NCBI GenBank assembly: GCA_963663165.1
Contig: OY760175.1
Location: forward strand, 5,056,001 to 5,120,000
Direction: 5' to 3'
DNA: 64,000 nucleotides
Origin: an uncultured Desulfospira sp.
Lineage (GTDB): Bacteria > Desulfobacterota > Desulfobacteria > Desulfobacterales > Desulfobacteraceae
Positions 1 to 10,180 of the stretch are shown one piece after another; the first letter of the stretch is position 1; each line of letters opens with the position of its first letter. The notes beneath the pieces were generated by a model. The model was not told where the DNA came from. It did not search any database and was given only the letters and a program-made list of their open reading frames with translations. The position numbers were made by a program, and so were the translations under genes.

Positions 1-2
1 GA

Positions 3-1610
3 CAGCAACAGCTCTTGTTGATAACGAATGTCTGGTCGCTTGTAACCATATGGTTCTGTATTACAGCGATGTTGAAATACGCTGGAAATCTTGACCTGTA
101 TTCATCTGTTATGGACATCCCCATCAAACCCTTTGTCTATTTTGCAGCACTGGGGTGCATTCTTTTGCTGCTCTCTTTGTCTCACGATGTGCTTGAGTCC
201 ATTCTTGTGGTTCACCGGGAGAGCGGGAGGAAAACTTTGGGTCTGGTGGTTGCTATTGCGGTGTTGTCCACTGGAATTGTTTGCTGGTTTGCCATGAACC
301 GCCTGCCGGGAATATCGACCGTGAAAATAGGTATCCTCGGCATGGCGTTCATGTTTTTTCTTTTTTTTTCCGGGATGCCGGTGGCTTATTCATTAATGGC
401 ATCGGCATTTGTTTTCATTTCAAACCTCAGGGGATTTGAGGCGGCATACGCGATGCTTGGAAAGTTTTGGTACAGTACCGTTTCCAATTATTCATGGTCT
501 CCGCTGATGTTTTTTTTACTGATGGGGTATGTCTGTTTTCAGGGCAAATTCGGCCAGGACCTTTATTATGCCGCACGCTGCTGGATGGGCCATTGGCGCG
601 GCGGCCTGGCGACCGGAAGTGTTTGTGCCTGCACGGCGTTTGGTTCGGTGGTAGGCGACTCCCTGGCCGGTGCGGTCACGATGTCTGCCATTGCGCTTCC
701 GGAAATGCGGAATAACGGATACAAGGATGAACTGGCATTGGGATGCCTGGCCTGTTCCGGAACCATCGGCAGCCTCATCCCGCCCAGCACGACGTTTATT
801 CTGTACGGGGTTCTCGCCCAGCAATCCATCGGCGAGTTGTTCATTGCCGGGGTAGTTCCCGGGATCTTGTGTATGGTCATGTTTATCGCCACCATATGGA
901 TATGGGTCCGCCTGGACCCTTCCATCGCACCCGCTTCTCTGCGAGCCTCCCGGCCGGAAGCCTATGCATCCTTAAAATCAGCCATCCCGATCATCATCAT
1001 GTTTTTCGTCGTCATCGGGGGAATTTACGGCGGCATTTTTACCGCCACTGAAGGCGGTGGAATAGGTGTTTTTGGCATGTTGTTATTGGCCCTGTTCATG
1101 GGGCGGTTAAATTTCACGGTTTTGAACACAGCGCTCAAAGAGGGGGCAAAGTTTACGTCAATGTGCTTTGCCCTGCTGGCAGGGGCAAATTTGCTGGGCT
1201 ATTTCATGACATTGAGCCGTATTCCGATGGTTCTGGCAAATGAAATTTCCATGTTGACACTGCCCCCAATGTTGATAATTTTCATCATCATTGGGGTCCT
1301 TTGTTTTCTGGGATGTTTTATTCCGGCGATTCCACTGGTGCTGATTTGCGTGCCGATTTTTGTACCCATTGCCGAAGTCTTTGCCTGGGACCTGGTTTGG
1401 TTTGGTGTGGTAACGACCTTGGTAAAAAACATGGCCTGTATTACACCGCCGTTTGGAATTAATCTTTTTGTCATGAAGGGCATTGCCGAGGTGCCTATTG
1501 GCTGTATGTATAGGGCGTCCATGCCGTTTATTGTTGCCCTGTTCTTTTGCATTGCCGTTATTGTTGCTTTTCCGCAACTTAGCTTATGGTTGCCAGGATT
1601 GATGAAGTAA
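3..1610 (+). CDS. TRAP transporter permease, probably fused DctQ-DctM; 5' end lies outside the window
   Basis: Frame is open to the window edge; very hydrophobic; DctM motifs GTIGSLIPPS, GGIYGGIFTATEGG, ITPPFGINLFV. Confidence 0.85.
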   Translation, partial: QQQLLLITNVWSLVTIWFCITAMLKYAGNLDLYSSVMDIPIKPFVYFAALGCILLLLSLSHDVLESILVVHRESGRKTLGLVVAIAVLSTGIVCWFAMNRLPGISTVKIGILGMAFMFFLFFSGMPVAYSLMASAFVFISNLRGFEAAYAMLGKFWYSTVSNYSWSPLMFFLLMGYVCFQGKFGQDLYYAARCWMGHWRGGLATGSVCACTAFGSVVGDSLAGAVTMSAIALPEMRNNGYKDELALGCLACSGTIGSLIPPSTTFILYGVLAQQSIGELFIAGVVPGILCMVMFIATIWIWVRLDPSIAPASLRASRPEAYASLKSAIPIIIMFFVVIGGIYGGIFTATEGGGIGVFGMLLLALFMGRLNFTVLNTALKEGAKFTSMCFALLAGANLLGYFMTLSRIPMVLANEISMLTLPPMLIIFIIIGVLCFLGCFIPAIPLVLICVPIFVPIAEVFAWDLVWFGVVTTLVKNMACITPPFGINLFVMKGIAEVPIGCMYRASMPFIVALFFCIAVIVAFPQLSLWLPGLMK

Positions 1611-1622
1611 GGAAGGTATATG

Positions 1623-2429
1623 TTATCTATACAAAATGACCGCTGACCACTGTTTTTGGGTCCTTTCCCAAACCAGGGAAAACCCCTGGGAAGAATAATG
1701 GGAAATCAACTCTTGTTTTTCCCATTCCCGGATGCCGGACAGGATCAGGGTACCATCAGGGCTCAGGTTTTCTGTGATGAGCCCGGACAGTCTGGCTAAA
1801 GTGGGGAACCTGAGGTTGGCACAGATGACGGAAAACTCATTGGGGCAGGGCGGCATGAAGCTTTCCTCTATCCGGATCCGCCCGGATAGCTGGTTGGCCG
1901 CAATGTTGGCCTCCGCTTCGGACACGGCATTGGGGTCAATATCCCATGCCCGGCACGAGGACAGGCCGGCAAGGCAAAGGGCAATGGCCAGAACCCCGGA
2001 ACCGGTGCCGATATCGGCACCTGAGGCGGCTGAATCAGGGGGGGTAAATTCCGGCTTAAAAAACAGGTCATCAATGGCCTGAAGGCAGAGCCGGGTGGTG
2101 GGATGGTGGCCTGAACCAAAAGAAATGCCTGGCAGAAGGTTGATGTCAAGTTCGCCTTTCTGTGCCTTGGAGGCCGATGTCGGGGGCTTTAAATAAAAAT
2201 GATCCGTGACCCTCACTGGTTTTGAAAAGCTGATATCCACATAGGTGGAGCCGTAAAGATCCTGAAAGGCAATTTCCTGTTCTGCCACCAGGGTGTTGAG
2301 AACCTTTGCGGCATCCCGCCGGGTAAGGGAAAGGGCAGTGCGGATGGCATCAATATAATCCCTGGCCGTCAGCCTGACCCGGGACCGGGTCAGGATATCT
2401 AAAACCGCCTTCCGGTCAAAGGGAATCAT
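1623..2429 (-). CDS. prmA: PrmA-like ribosomal protein L11 methyltransferase
   Basis: PGISFGSGHHPTTRLCL, DIGTGSGVLAI, LILSGI motifs. Confidence 0.75.
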   Translation of the reverse strand: MIPFDRKAVLDILTRSRVRLTARDYIDAIRTALSLTRRDAAKVLNTLVAEQEIAFQDLYGSTYVDISFSKPVRVTDHFYLKPPTSASKAQKGELDINLLPGISFGSGHHPTTRLCLQAIDDLFFKPEFTPPDSAASGADIGTGSGVLAIALCLAGLSSCRAWDIDPNAVSEAEANIAANQLSGRIRIEESFMPPCPNEFSVICANLRFPTLARLSGLITENLSPDGTLILSGIREWEKQELISHYSSQGFSLVWERTQKQWSAVILYR

Positions 2430-2772
2430 GCCCCTCTTGTTTCAGGAGCGCCTTATACCAGACGGCAAAATCAAACATGCCCCTGATTTTTTCATCATCA
2501 TTGATGATCCCCAGGCACATTTCAAGGGCCCCCTGGGCATAGGTGTTGGAGTAATCATCGTGATTGATGCGGGTCAGGAATTCCCGGATCAGTTCCTGGG
2601 AGGTCCGCTTGGTTTTGTCTTTTCTGATGTCAATGGGGTCTTTGGGCTCCTGGAAGGGATCCCAGTTCTCATACCCCACTTTGTTTAAAATCTGACGCTG
2701 GCCCCGCTTGCCCATGGCGTCAAATATGGCCTTTTTTTTGGCCTTAATTTCTTCGGGTGTAAAGGTTTCCAT
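2416..2772 (-). CDS. Hypothetical protein (118 aa)
   Basis: Co-oriented in the operon, overlaps prmA start; plausible composition. Confidence 0.7.
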   Translation of the reverse strand: METFTPEEIKAKKKAIFDAMGKRGQRQILNKVGYENWDPFQEPKDPIDIRKDKTKRTSQELIREFLTRINHDDYSNTYAQGALEMCLGIINDDEKIRGMFDFAVWYKALLKQEGHDSL

Positions 2773-2787
2773 TGGTTTCTTTCCCCC

Positions 2788-3438
2788 TTATTGTTTAACC
2801 CCGAGGTACTCTTCAGTAAAGTCCGTGACCAGGGCCATTGACACGGGGATCAGAAGCTCATGCATTTTAATGTTCTGGGAGTCAATCCCCTTGATGAGCT
2901 TGGCGGAAATCAACTGGAGCTGTCCGTAGATTTTGTCCATGTTCAAGGTGGGGTAGGGATTGCCCTGGATAAAATTGGTCCGGCCGCAGATATGGCTGGC
3001 CCCTGCGGTTGAGACCGGAATGCCGTAGACCCGGCAGGTGATGGGCCGGTGTTCGTACATGACACACAGATTGTCCTGGCCCAGAAGGGGACAGCGAACC
3101 CGCTCCTGGGACATCTGGGCGACAATTTCGATCTGGTCTGCCCCGTCTTTGACTTTTTTATAGGCATCCCGTTTGAGCCGGACCAGGACCCGGTCTGTTT
3201 TTCCGGCAACTTCAAGGAGATCGTTTTTCTCTTTGCCTGAAAACTTCTTTTGAAATTTTTCTTTCAGGTACAAGGCTTCCACCAGGGTAAGATCAAAAAT
3301 AGCATAACAGCAATCTGAACATTTCTCCCTGCAAAATACCTCTTTGGGGAATTCTTTTTTTACCCGGTCAAATATCCCGTCCACCACCTGGACCAGGCCT
3401 TCATACTCTGTAAAATACGGTGTTAAATCAATTGTCAT
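2788..3438 (-). CDS. YkgJ-family (CxxCxxCC) cysteine-cluster protein
   Basis: CREKCSDCC, CPLL, CVMYEHRPITCRVYG motifs; start taken at ATG 3438 downstream of the mnmE stop. Confidence 0.85.
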   Translation of the reverse strand: MTIDLTPYFTEYEGLVQVVDGIFDRVKKEFPKEVFCREKCSDCCYAIFDLTLVEALYLKEKFQKKFSGKEKNDLLEVAGKTDRVLVRLKRDAYKKVKDGADQIEIVAQMSQERVRCPLLGQDNLCVMYEHRPITCRVYGIPVSTAGASHICGRTNFIQGNPYPTLNMDKIYGQLQLISAKLIKGIDSQNIKMHELLIPVSMALVTDFTEEYLGVKQ

Positions 3439-3449
3439 GGGGTTGTCCT

Positions 3450-4844
3450 TTACTTGCCAATACAAAAATTACTGAAAATGGTGTCTAAAATATCCAGGGA
3501 TGCGGTTTCGCCGGTGATCTTTCCCAAAGCATCAATGCCGTTTTTGATGTCAATGGCCAGGGTCTCTTCGGTGGCGTTGTTTTCGATTCCCTGTCTGGCG
3601 GACGAAAGAAAAGCCACGGCCTGTTCAAGGGCCTTTTTATGCCGAAGGTTGGGAATCACCTGGGAGCGTTCCGTATCCAGGTCCTGGATACAGGTGTTAA
3701 CGATTTTCCCCTTTAGTTCCCGAATCCCCTGGTTTTTGAGGGCGGAAATTTTGACCACCGGAATATGGCTGTATTCAGGGGGCGGCAGCACCAGCCGGCC
3801 GTCACCTTCACCGGCCAAATCCATTTTATTGATCACCACAATGACCCGTTTGCCCTTGGGGACGGTTTTTAAAAAATCATTTTCTTTAAAGGTATCCTGG
3901 GGCTCTTTCATGAAAAGAACCAGGTCGGCACCCTTGATATGCTCCATGGCCCTTTCGATGCCGATGATTTCAACTAAGTCGGCGGTGTTGTGAATTCCGG
4001 CCGTATCGATCACCACAAAGGGGATTCCGTCCATGTTCAGCCCTTCTTCAATGGGATCGCGGGTGGTTCCGGGAAGGGGGGTGACGATAGACTTTTCCTG
4101 GCTTAGCAGCCGGTTCATCAAACTGGATTTGCCCACATTGGGCCGGCCGGCAATGGCTACGCGGATGCCTTCTTTAAGAAAACAGGCATCGTCATGCTGC
4201 CGGATAAATTCCCGGCATGTTTCGATGACCTGGTCTAAGGCCGGGATATCTTTCTGGGATACAGACACCCCGTCTTCATCGTCCGGGAAATCAATGGAAA
4301 CTTCCACAATGGCCAGAAGGGCAATCAGGGTTTCCCTTAAGCTCAAGATATCCTTTTTCAGGGTGCCAAGGCCCTGGGATGCGGCAAATTTTAATGCCCG
4401 TTCCGACCGGGCATTGATAATATCGGCTACAGCCTCGGCCTGGGTCAAGTCAATGCGCTGGTTTAAAAAGGCCCGCCGGGTGAACTCTCCCGGGTCTGAA
4501 AGCCTGGCCCCTTTGGACAGGATCAGGTCCAGAATCCGCCTGAGTACAAAGGTGCCTGAATGGGCCTGAATTTCCACCACATCCTCGGCCGTATAGGACT
4601 TGGGCCCTTTCATGGGAATGATCAGGACTTCATCGATGATTTGCCGCTCATCATCGAAAATGTATCCATGAACCACCCTGTGGGAAACCAGGGACGAAAC
4701 ATCCGTGCCGGCCCCGGAACCGGGATGTCGGGTTTTCGAGAAAATCCGGGCCGCAATATCAAAGGAAGAGTGCCCGGAGATCCGGATGATCCCGATGCCG
4801 CCGCTCCCGAAAGGCGTGGCTATTGCGGCGATGGTGTCATTCAT
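3450..4844 (-). CDS. mnmE: tRNA modification GTPase MnmE
   Basis: [10 protein letters not shown]-terminus, [18 protein letters not shown]-terminal FSNFCIGK. Confidence 0.97.
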   Translation of the reverse strand: MNDTIAAIATPFGSGGIGIIRISGHSSFDIAARIFSKTRHPGSGAGTDVSSLVSHRVVHGYIFDDERQIIDEVLIIPMKGPKSYTAEDVVEIQAHSGTFVLRRILDLILSKGARLSDPGEFTRRAFLNQRIDLTQAEAVADIINARSERALKFAASQGLGTLKKDILSLRETLIALLAIVEVSIDFPDDEDGVSVSQKDIPALDQVIETCREFIRQHDDACFLKEGIRVAIAGRPNVGKSSLMNRLLSQEKSIVTPLPGTTRDPIEEGLNMDGIPFVVIDTAGIHNTADLVEIIGIERAMEHIKGADLVLFMKEPQDTFKENDFLKTVPKGKRVIVVINKMDLAGEGDGRLVLPPPEYSHIPVVKISALKNQGIRELKGKIVNTCIQDLDTERSQVIPNLRHKKALEQAVAFLSSARQGIENNATEETLAIDIKNGIDALGKITGETASLDILDTIFSNFCIGK

Positions 4845-5692
4845 GACGGTTTGTTTTTATACCGCTTTTTCCCCTTAAAAGATTTTTTTTGGGGAAAAAT
4901 GACAAGGCGTCTGTAATAACCGTCCCCCATGCTCTGGGTCCTGACCCGGTTGTCGTTTTTTAAGGCCAGGTGGACAATGCGCCGGTCCTGGGCGCTCATC
5001 TGGTTGATGGTGGCGGGCCGGCCGGTTTTCTTTGCCTTTTCAGCCATTTTTAAGGCCAGGTGGCGCAGGTTGGCTTTCCGGGTTTCCATATACCCTTCAA
5101 TATCCACCCTGACCCTGACCCGGGCCTCGCTGTGCCGGTTGATGATTTTGTCGGCAAGGAACTGCATGGCGTCCAGGGTCTGGCCTTTCCGGCCGATGAG
5201 AATCCCTGAGTTTCCCCCTTCTATTTTAAGGGTGAGCCGGTCCTGCTGGGTGTCTGCGTTGACCACGGCATCGTCTGTGATCAGGTCGGCCATTTTTTGC
5301 AGGGCCTCTACCCCTAAGTCAATGGATTCCCGGGTGACGTCAACAGGCTCGGCCGTGTCATCATCTTCCTCGGGTTCGGTTTCTTCGGGCTCATCCATGT
5401 CAAGGTCACGGCTTGGGGGGGCATTGGACCGGGTTTCTTCGCCAAAGGCTTCGTCAACAATGGATTTGATCCCTTCCATTTCCGCTTTGGCGTCCTGTTG
5501 ATCATCGGATTCGGGAACCTGGACTTTAATGAGTGCATCCTTGCGGCCCACAATGCCGAAAATGCCGGATGCGCCGGCGCTCATAACATCGTACTTAAGT
5601 TTATCCCTGGTGATTCCCAGAGCAGAGCAGGCACTTTTTACAGCGGCATCCACATCTTTTCCGCTAAATTCTCTGGTGTTTGTCATACGCAT
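4841..5692 (-). CDS. jag: Jag/EloR (KhpB) RNA-binding protein
   Basis: Jag_N start, KH motif LIGRKGQTLDAMQ, R3H motif RRIVH; position between yidC and mnmE. Confidence 0.93.
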   Translation of the reverse strand: MRMTNTREFSGKDVDAAVKSACSALGITRDKLKYDVMSAGASGIFGIVGRKDALIKVQVPESDDQQDAKAEMEGIKSIVDEAFGEETRSNAPPSRDLDMDEPEETEPEEDDDTAEPVDVTRESIDLGVEALQKMADLITDDAVVNADTQQDRLTLKIEGGNSGILIGRKGQTLDAMQFLADKIINRHSEARVRVRVDIEGYMETRKANLRHLALKMAEKAKKTGRPATINQMSAQDRRIVHLALKNDNRVRTQSMGDGYYRRLVIFPQKKSFKGKKRYKNKPS

Positions 5693-5699
5693 TCTCCTG

Positions 5700-7370
5700 C
5701 TATTTTGAAAATTTCTTCTGGGTATAATATTGCTGTCCCATTGAAATAATGTTGTTCACAAGCATGTACAGGACCAGGCCGGCCGGGAAGTTGATAAACA
5801 GAACCGTCATCATGACAGGCATGATCATCATCATTTTGGCCTGCATGGGATCCCCTGCAGTCGGGGTCATTTTCTGCTGAAGCAGAAATGAGGCGCCCAT
5901 AATAAGGGTTAAAACCGGAATACCGTATGGTTCCTGCATCATGGGGATGGAAAAATTAAAGTGAAACAGGCGGTCCGGCCCGGACAGGTCATTGATCCAC
6001 CCCACAAAGGGGGCATGCCGCAGTTCAATGGCCTGGTAAAGCATCCGGTACAGGGCAAAGAAAATGGGCATCTGCACCACAAGGGGCAGACAGCCCGATG
6101 CCGGGTTGACTTTATAGGTCTTGTAAAGCCCCATGATCTCCTGGTTCATCCGCTGCTTGTCGTCTTTATATTTTTCCCGGATTTCCATCATCAAAGGCTG
6201 AACCTTTTTCATTTCATTCATGGATTTGTAGCTTTTGGTCCCCAAAGGCCAGAAGATCAGCTTAATGAAAATGGTCAGCAGGATAATGGCAATCCCGTAA
6301 TTGGGAATAAAATCGTGGATGGTATTCATGACAATGAGCAAGGGTTTGGCAATGATGTCAAACCAGCCGAAATTGATGGCCTTTTTGAGCATGTTGTCAT
6401 AATGGCTCAGGACCTTGTAGCTTTTGGGCCCCATAAAAATCACATAGGAATAGGTGGCCTGTTTTTCCGGGTCAATCTTTTCCATTTTCCGGACCAGGTC
6501 ATTGGTCACGATATCCTGGGCAAAGGAAAGTTTTATAGTCCCTTCCACGGCCTGGTCCGGCATGACACAGGTCAGGAAATACCGGTGGGCATAACCGGCC
6601 CAGTCCACGTTACCGGTATAAATATTTTTGTCTTCAATATCATCCGGATCAATGGTTTTAAATTCACTGTTGATATAGGCAATGGGGCCTTCAAAGGCAA
6701 ACCGGGACCGTTTTTTGATTTCCTCGGTAAAATATCCGGGGACATTAAACACCAGGGAATCATCCAGGGGAATGCCAGAACCGTTCTGGATCAGGACATC
6801 ACAATCAATGAGATAGGTGTCCGCCTTAAAGGTAAAGATTTTTTTGACCGTAATATTCTCAGGGCTGGTCCAGGAAAAGGTGACTTGTTTCTCCCCCTGG
6901 TCAAGCCGGGTGGCAGGGGCATCAAGATCCGCCGTAAATACCGCATTCTCAAGGCCGGGGATGCTGTTGTTTTCAAGGCCGACGGTCATGATCCCCCGGA
7001 CAAGCTCTTCGGGGACAAGCTGTTTTAATGGGGAATCCGCATCAATGGTTTCCTTGTAATTTTTCAGCTCAAGACTTTTTACGGAGGCTAAGTATTCAGA
7101 CAGTACAATGTCATACAAAGGGGTTGAAAGGGAAAGGGTCCGAAAGGATTTGTCCGGAACCTGCGCAGCCGGTACAGCAGACGCTTTGGGCGCCTTGTAG
7201 TCTGAAATATTGGAACTGCTCTGCTCGGGGGAGGGCTGCTGCACCTGTTCCTGGTTGTTGTCCTGAGGGGGATTATTGACTTGTTGGGGGGCTACAAAAA
7301 AGAACTGGTAGCCCACAAGGACAATGATGGAAAGCACCACTGCCAGCAATAATCGTTTTTGCTCATCCAT
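5700..7370 (-). CDS. yidC: Membrane protein insertase YidC
   Basis: NYGIAIILLT, GCLPLVVQMPIFFALY, FPAGLVLY motifs. Confidence 0.97.
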   Translation of the reverse strand: MDEQKRLLLAVVLSIIVLVGYQFFFVAPQQVNNPPQDNNQEQVQQPSPEQSSSNISDYKAPKASAVPAAQVPDKSFRTLSLSTPLYDIVLSEYLASVKSLELKNYKETIDADSPLKQLVPEELVRGIMTVGLENNSIPGLENAVFTADLDAPATRLDQGEKQVTFSWTSPENITVKKIFTFKADTYLIDCDVLIQNGSGIPLDDSLVFNVPGYFTEEIKKRSRFAFEGPIAYINSEFKTIDPDDIEDKNIYTGNVDWAGYAHRYFLTCVMPDQAVEGTIKLSFAQDIVTNDLVRKMEKIDPEKQATYSYVIFMGPKSYKVLSHYDNMLKKAINFGWFDIIAKPLLIVMNTIHDFIPNYGIAIILLTIFIKLIFWPLGTKSYKSMNEMKKVQPLMMEIREKYKDDKQRMNQEIMGLYKTYKVNPASGCLPLVVQMPIFFALYRMLYQAIELRHAPFVGWINDLSGPDRLFHFNFSIPMMQEPYGIPVLTLIMGASFLLQQKMTPTAGDPMQAKMMMIMPVMMTVLFINFPAGLVLYMLVNNIISMGQQYYTQKKFSK

Positions 7371-7467
7371 TTTCTCTCCTAAACGTAATGTTACGGTGTT
7401 AAGAGGGAAGGCAAAAAAAGCGTTATGTTAATTAAAAAAAACGGAAAATAATCAGGGAATCCGGAGA

Positions 7468-7680
7468 CTAGGGCACAGGGTCATAACCGCCCGGATGAAA
7501 CGGGTGACAACGCAGTATTCGCCTTAGTGCAAGAAACCCTCCCCTAAGGCAGCCGTAGCGTTCAACGGCCTCAAACGCATAAGCTGAACAGCTTGGATAA
7601 TACCTGCAGTTCCGGCCGGTCAGCGGTGATATAAAAAATTGATAACATTTAATACATATCAACAGTGGCTTTTTAAACAT
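7468..7680 (-). CDS. yidD: Membrane protein insertion efficiency factor YidD
   Basis: [27 protein letters not shown]. Confidence 0.96.
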   Translation of the reverse strand: MFKKPLLICIKCYQFFISPLTGRNCRYYPSCSAYAFEAVERYGCLRGGFLALRRILRCHPFHPGGYDPVP

Positions 7681-7685
7681 ATTTT

Positions 7686-8042
7686 TTAAAGCGCCTTATC
7701 CCGTGCTATTTTGTTGAAAAGTTTATCAAGCTTTTCAATAATCCGGCTGTTTTCCAGCCCGCTCAGACTTTTTTTAGCAATGATATTGATGTCCAAGATT
7801 CCCGGTAAGAAATCTTTTTTATGTCTGATATATTCCCTGATAATCCGTTTAATTCTATTACGCTCTACTGCGTTCCCAACTTTTTTAGATACGGTAATTC
7901 CAATTCGATGGTTTGTTTTTTCCCCTTTCAGGGCAATGGCGATGAAACTGCCTGTGTGTATCTTTTTTCCTTTTGTTGAAAGCTTTAAAAATTGGCTTCT
8001 TTTTAGCAGCCTCGATGTTTTTGGGTAAGAAAAGTCGCTCAA
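7686..8042 (-). CDS. rnpA: Ribonuclease P protein component
   Basis: [21 protein letters not shown] motif; TTG start. Confidence 0.95.
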   Translation of the reverse strand: MSDFSYPKTSRLLKRSQFLKLSTKGKKIHTGSFIAIALKGEKTNHRIGITVSKKVGNAVERNRIKRIIREYIRHKKDFLPGILDINIIAKKSLSGLENSRIIEKLDKLFNKIARDKAL

Positions 8043-8055
8043 TAAGGTTCCTAAA

Positions 8056-8190
8056 TTACAAGGCCAGCCGTTTTCTTCCCTTAGCCCTTCTGGCGTTGAT
8101 CACCCGCTTTCCCCCGGGGGTGGACATGCGTTTAAGAAATCCGTGTTTTCTTGTTCTTTTCCGATTGCTGGGCTGAAATGTACGTTTCAT
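8056..8190 (-). CDS. rpmH: 50S ribosomal protein L34 (absent from the ORF track)
   Basis: Translated by hand: [44 protein letters not shown]. Confidence 0.97.
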   Translation of the reverse strand: MKRTFQPSNRKRTRKHGFLKRMSTPGGKRVINARRAKGRKRLAL

Positions 8191-8407
8191 AAATCTGCGT
8201 CCTTAAAAGTTTGCTTAATGGTTCCTTTTAGTTTGTGTGAAAGCCTTTTCCTTCCGGCTCCTGGTCGTCACCTTAAAACCGATGGCCAAAAAGTCAAGTC
8301 TGTTATCACCCAATAATAAACACAAAAAATTAATATTAATCCGTCAAAAAGTCAATCTTTAATTTGGCCGCTTGCGGGGCCCTTGTCTGTCACCTGGCCG
8401 CAGTTTG

Positions 8408-8525
8408 GTAGGGTGGGCAAAAGCGCAGCGTTGCCCACCTGTGACCATATAACATCTTGTTTTTTTAACGATAAATCAAATGGCATTGCGGCAACCGGTG
8501 GGCACAAAAAGTGTGCCCACCCTAC
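8408..8525. repeat. REPIN-like inverted pair of GTAG-type REP palindromes
   Basis: GTAGGGTGGGCAA..TTGCCCACC at 8408-8439 and inverted GGTGGGCAC..GTGCCCACCCTAC at 8497-8525. Confidence 0.7.
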
Positions 8526-8643
8526 CGAATTTTTCCGATTTCGATTTGGATTTCGATTTTGAGCGGTGCCCCTGTTTGAACCGGCACTCGGTAAATTCAA
8601 TTATATTATCCTTGCCTCCTCAAACGCAATCATCCTAAACCGC

Positions 8644-10176
8644 TTATTTCACCAGAGACTCGAAGATGTGGTACTCCTCAATATGATAATGGGGCTCCGG
8701 ATAGATGGCAATGGGCTTGGAAAACATGGTTTCCAGAGAAGAGATCAAGTGCTTTTCCCGGCCGTGGAGAAGCTGGGCAATCTCCGGATGGACTTTTACC
8801 GTAAACCGGTTTCCCATCATGTCCGAGGCCTCGGAGGTCAGATCCCGGTATATTTTATGGCAGATGGATTTTCTGGATAAAAGATGGCCGTTGCCGTTAC
8901 AGTAAAAGCAGGGTTCACACAGGGTCCGTGTCAGGTTTCTCCGGGTCCTTTTGCGGGTCATCTGGACCAGCCCGAGTTCGGTTAACGGGAGGATGTTGGT
9001 CTGGCTTTTGTCCTTTTTCACGGCTTCGTTGAGCCGGGACATGACCTTTTCCTTGTGGGACTCCTTTTTCATGTCAATAAAATCAATGATAATAATGCCC
9101 CCGATGTTCCTGAGCCTTATCTGGTAGGCAATCTCCTTTACCGCCTCAAGGTTGGTTTTAAGGATGGTTTCATCAAAGTTGTGCTTGCCCACGTACCGCC
9201 CTGTATTCACATCTATCGCCACTAAAGCTTCGGTCTGTTCAATGACAATATACCCGCCGGATCTGAGCCAGACCTTTTTTTTCAGGGCACGGGCCACGTC
9301 CGCCTCAATGTTGTAGGCATCAAAAATGGATTCCCGGCCTTTATAAAGTTCCACTTTGAGCTTTACATCGGGCATGAATTTGGCCAGAAATTTTTTAACA
9401 TTTTCATACTCGGTTTCAGAATCTATGATCAGCTTGTCGGCCTCGTTGGCCAGAAGGTCTCTGACAGCCCTGAAGGTGACGGTGAGGTCCTTATATATCA
9501 GGCAGGTGGCGGACCGTTTTTCAGACCGGTACAGAATGTCTTCCCAGGTGTTGCTTAAAAAATCAATTTCCTTTTTAATGGCGGCTTCATCAACCCCTTC
9601 TGCCTGGGTTCTGAAAATATAGCCAAAATCGTTTTTTCGAAGCCCTGAGAGCATTTCTTTGAGCCTTGTGCGCTCTGCCTCATGTTCAATCCGTTTGGAA
9701 ATCCCGATATGGTTTACCGTGGGCATGAGAACCATGTACCGGCCGGCCAGGGAAATATGGGTGGTGACCCTGGGCCCTTTGGAGCCGATGGAGGATTTGG
9801 CCACCTGGACCATGATCTCCTGGCCTTCGGTGAGCAGGTCTTCAATACAGGGGCCGGAATTTTCAGAAGGTTTTTCCATTTCCTCGACATCTTCCTCGCC
9901 GTCCTCCTCGGGGTCCTGTTCAAACTTCTGGAACATTTTGTGGCTGGCTGTATCCAGAACATCATCGACGTATATGAATGCGGCCTGGTCAAACCCGATA
10001 TCCACAAAAGCGGCCTGCATTCCGGGAAGGACCCGCTGGACTCGTCCCTTGTAAATATTTCCAGCAATACTGGTTTCATCCTCCCGTTCAATGAAAACCT
10101 CAACGATGGTGCCGTTTTCAATCAGCGCCACCCGGGTTTCATGGGGAGCTGTATTTACAACTAACTCTTTGAGCAT
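8644..10176 (-). CDS. rng: Ribonuclease G (Rne/Rng family)
   Basis: GNIYKGRVQRVLPGMQAAFVDIG, IDVNTG, GGIIIIDFIDM; start taken at MLKELVVN. Confidence 0.93.
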   Translation of the reverse strand: MLKELVVNTAPHETRVALIENGTIVEVFIEREDETSIAGNIYKGRVQRVLPGMQAAFVDIGFDQAAFIYVDDVLDTASHKMFQKFEQDPEEDGEEDVEEMEKPSENSGPCIEDLLTEGQEIMVQVAKSSIGSKGPRVTTHISLAGRYMVLMPTVNHIGISKRIEHEAERTRLKEMLSGLRKNDFGYIFRTQAEGVDEAAIKKEIDFLSNTWEDILYRSEKRSATCLIYKDLTVTFRAVRDLLANEADKLIIDSETEYENVKKFLAKFMPDVKLKVELYKGRESIFDAYNIEADVARALKKKVWLRSGGYIVIEQTEALVAIDVNTGRYVGKHNFDETILKTNLEAVKEIAYQIRLRNIGGIIIIDFIDMKKESHKEKVMSRLNEAVKKDKSQTNILPLTELGLVQMTRKRTRRNLTRTLCEPCFYCNGNGHLLSRKSICHKIYRDLTSEASDMMGNRFTVKVHPEIAQLLHGREKHLISSLETMFSKPIAIYPEPHYHIEEYHIFESLVK

Positions 10177-10180
10177 GGCA

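Noticed and set aside
5961..7028. 355-aa ORF antisense to yidC, and many similar shadow ORFs
   Set aside because: Lie opposite well-supported genes, have no motifs or RBS, and are expected from codon bias
8191..8643. oriC next to rpmH
   Set aside because: No dnaA and no cluster of TTATCCACA boxes seen; the region holds REP and hexamer repeats
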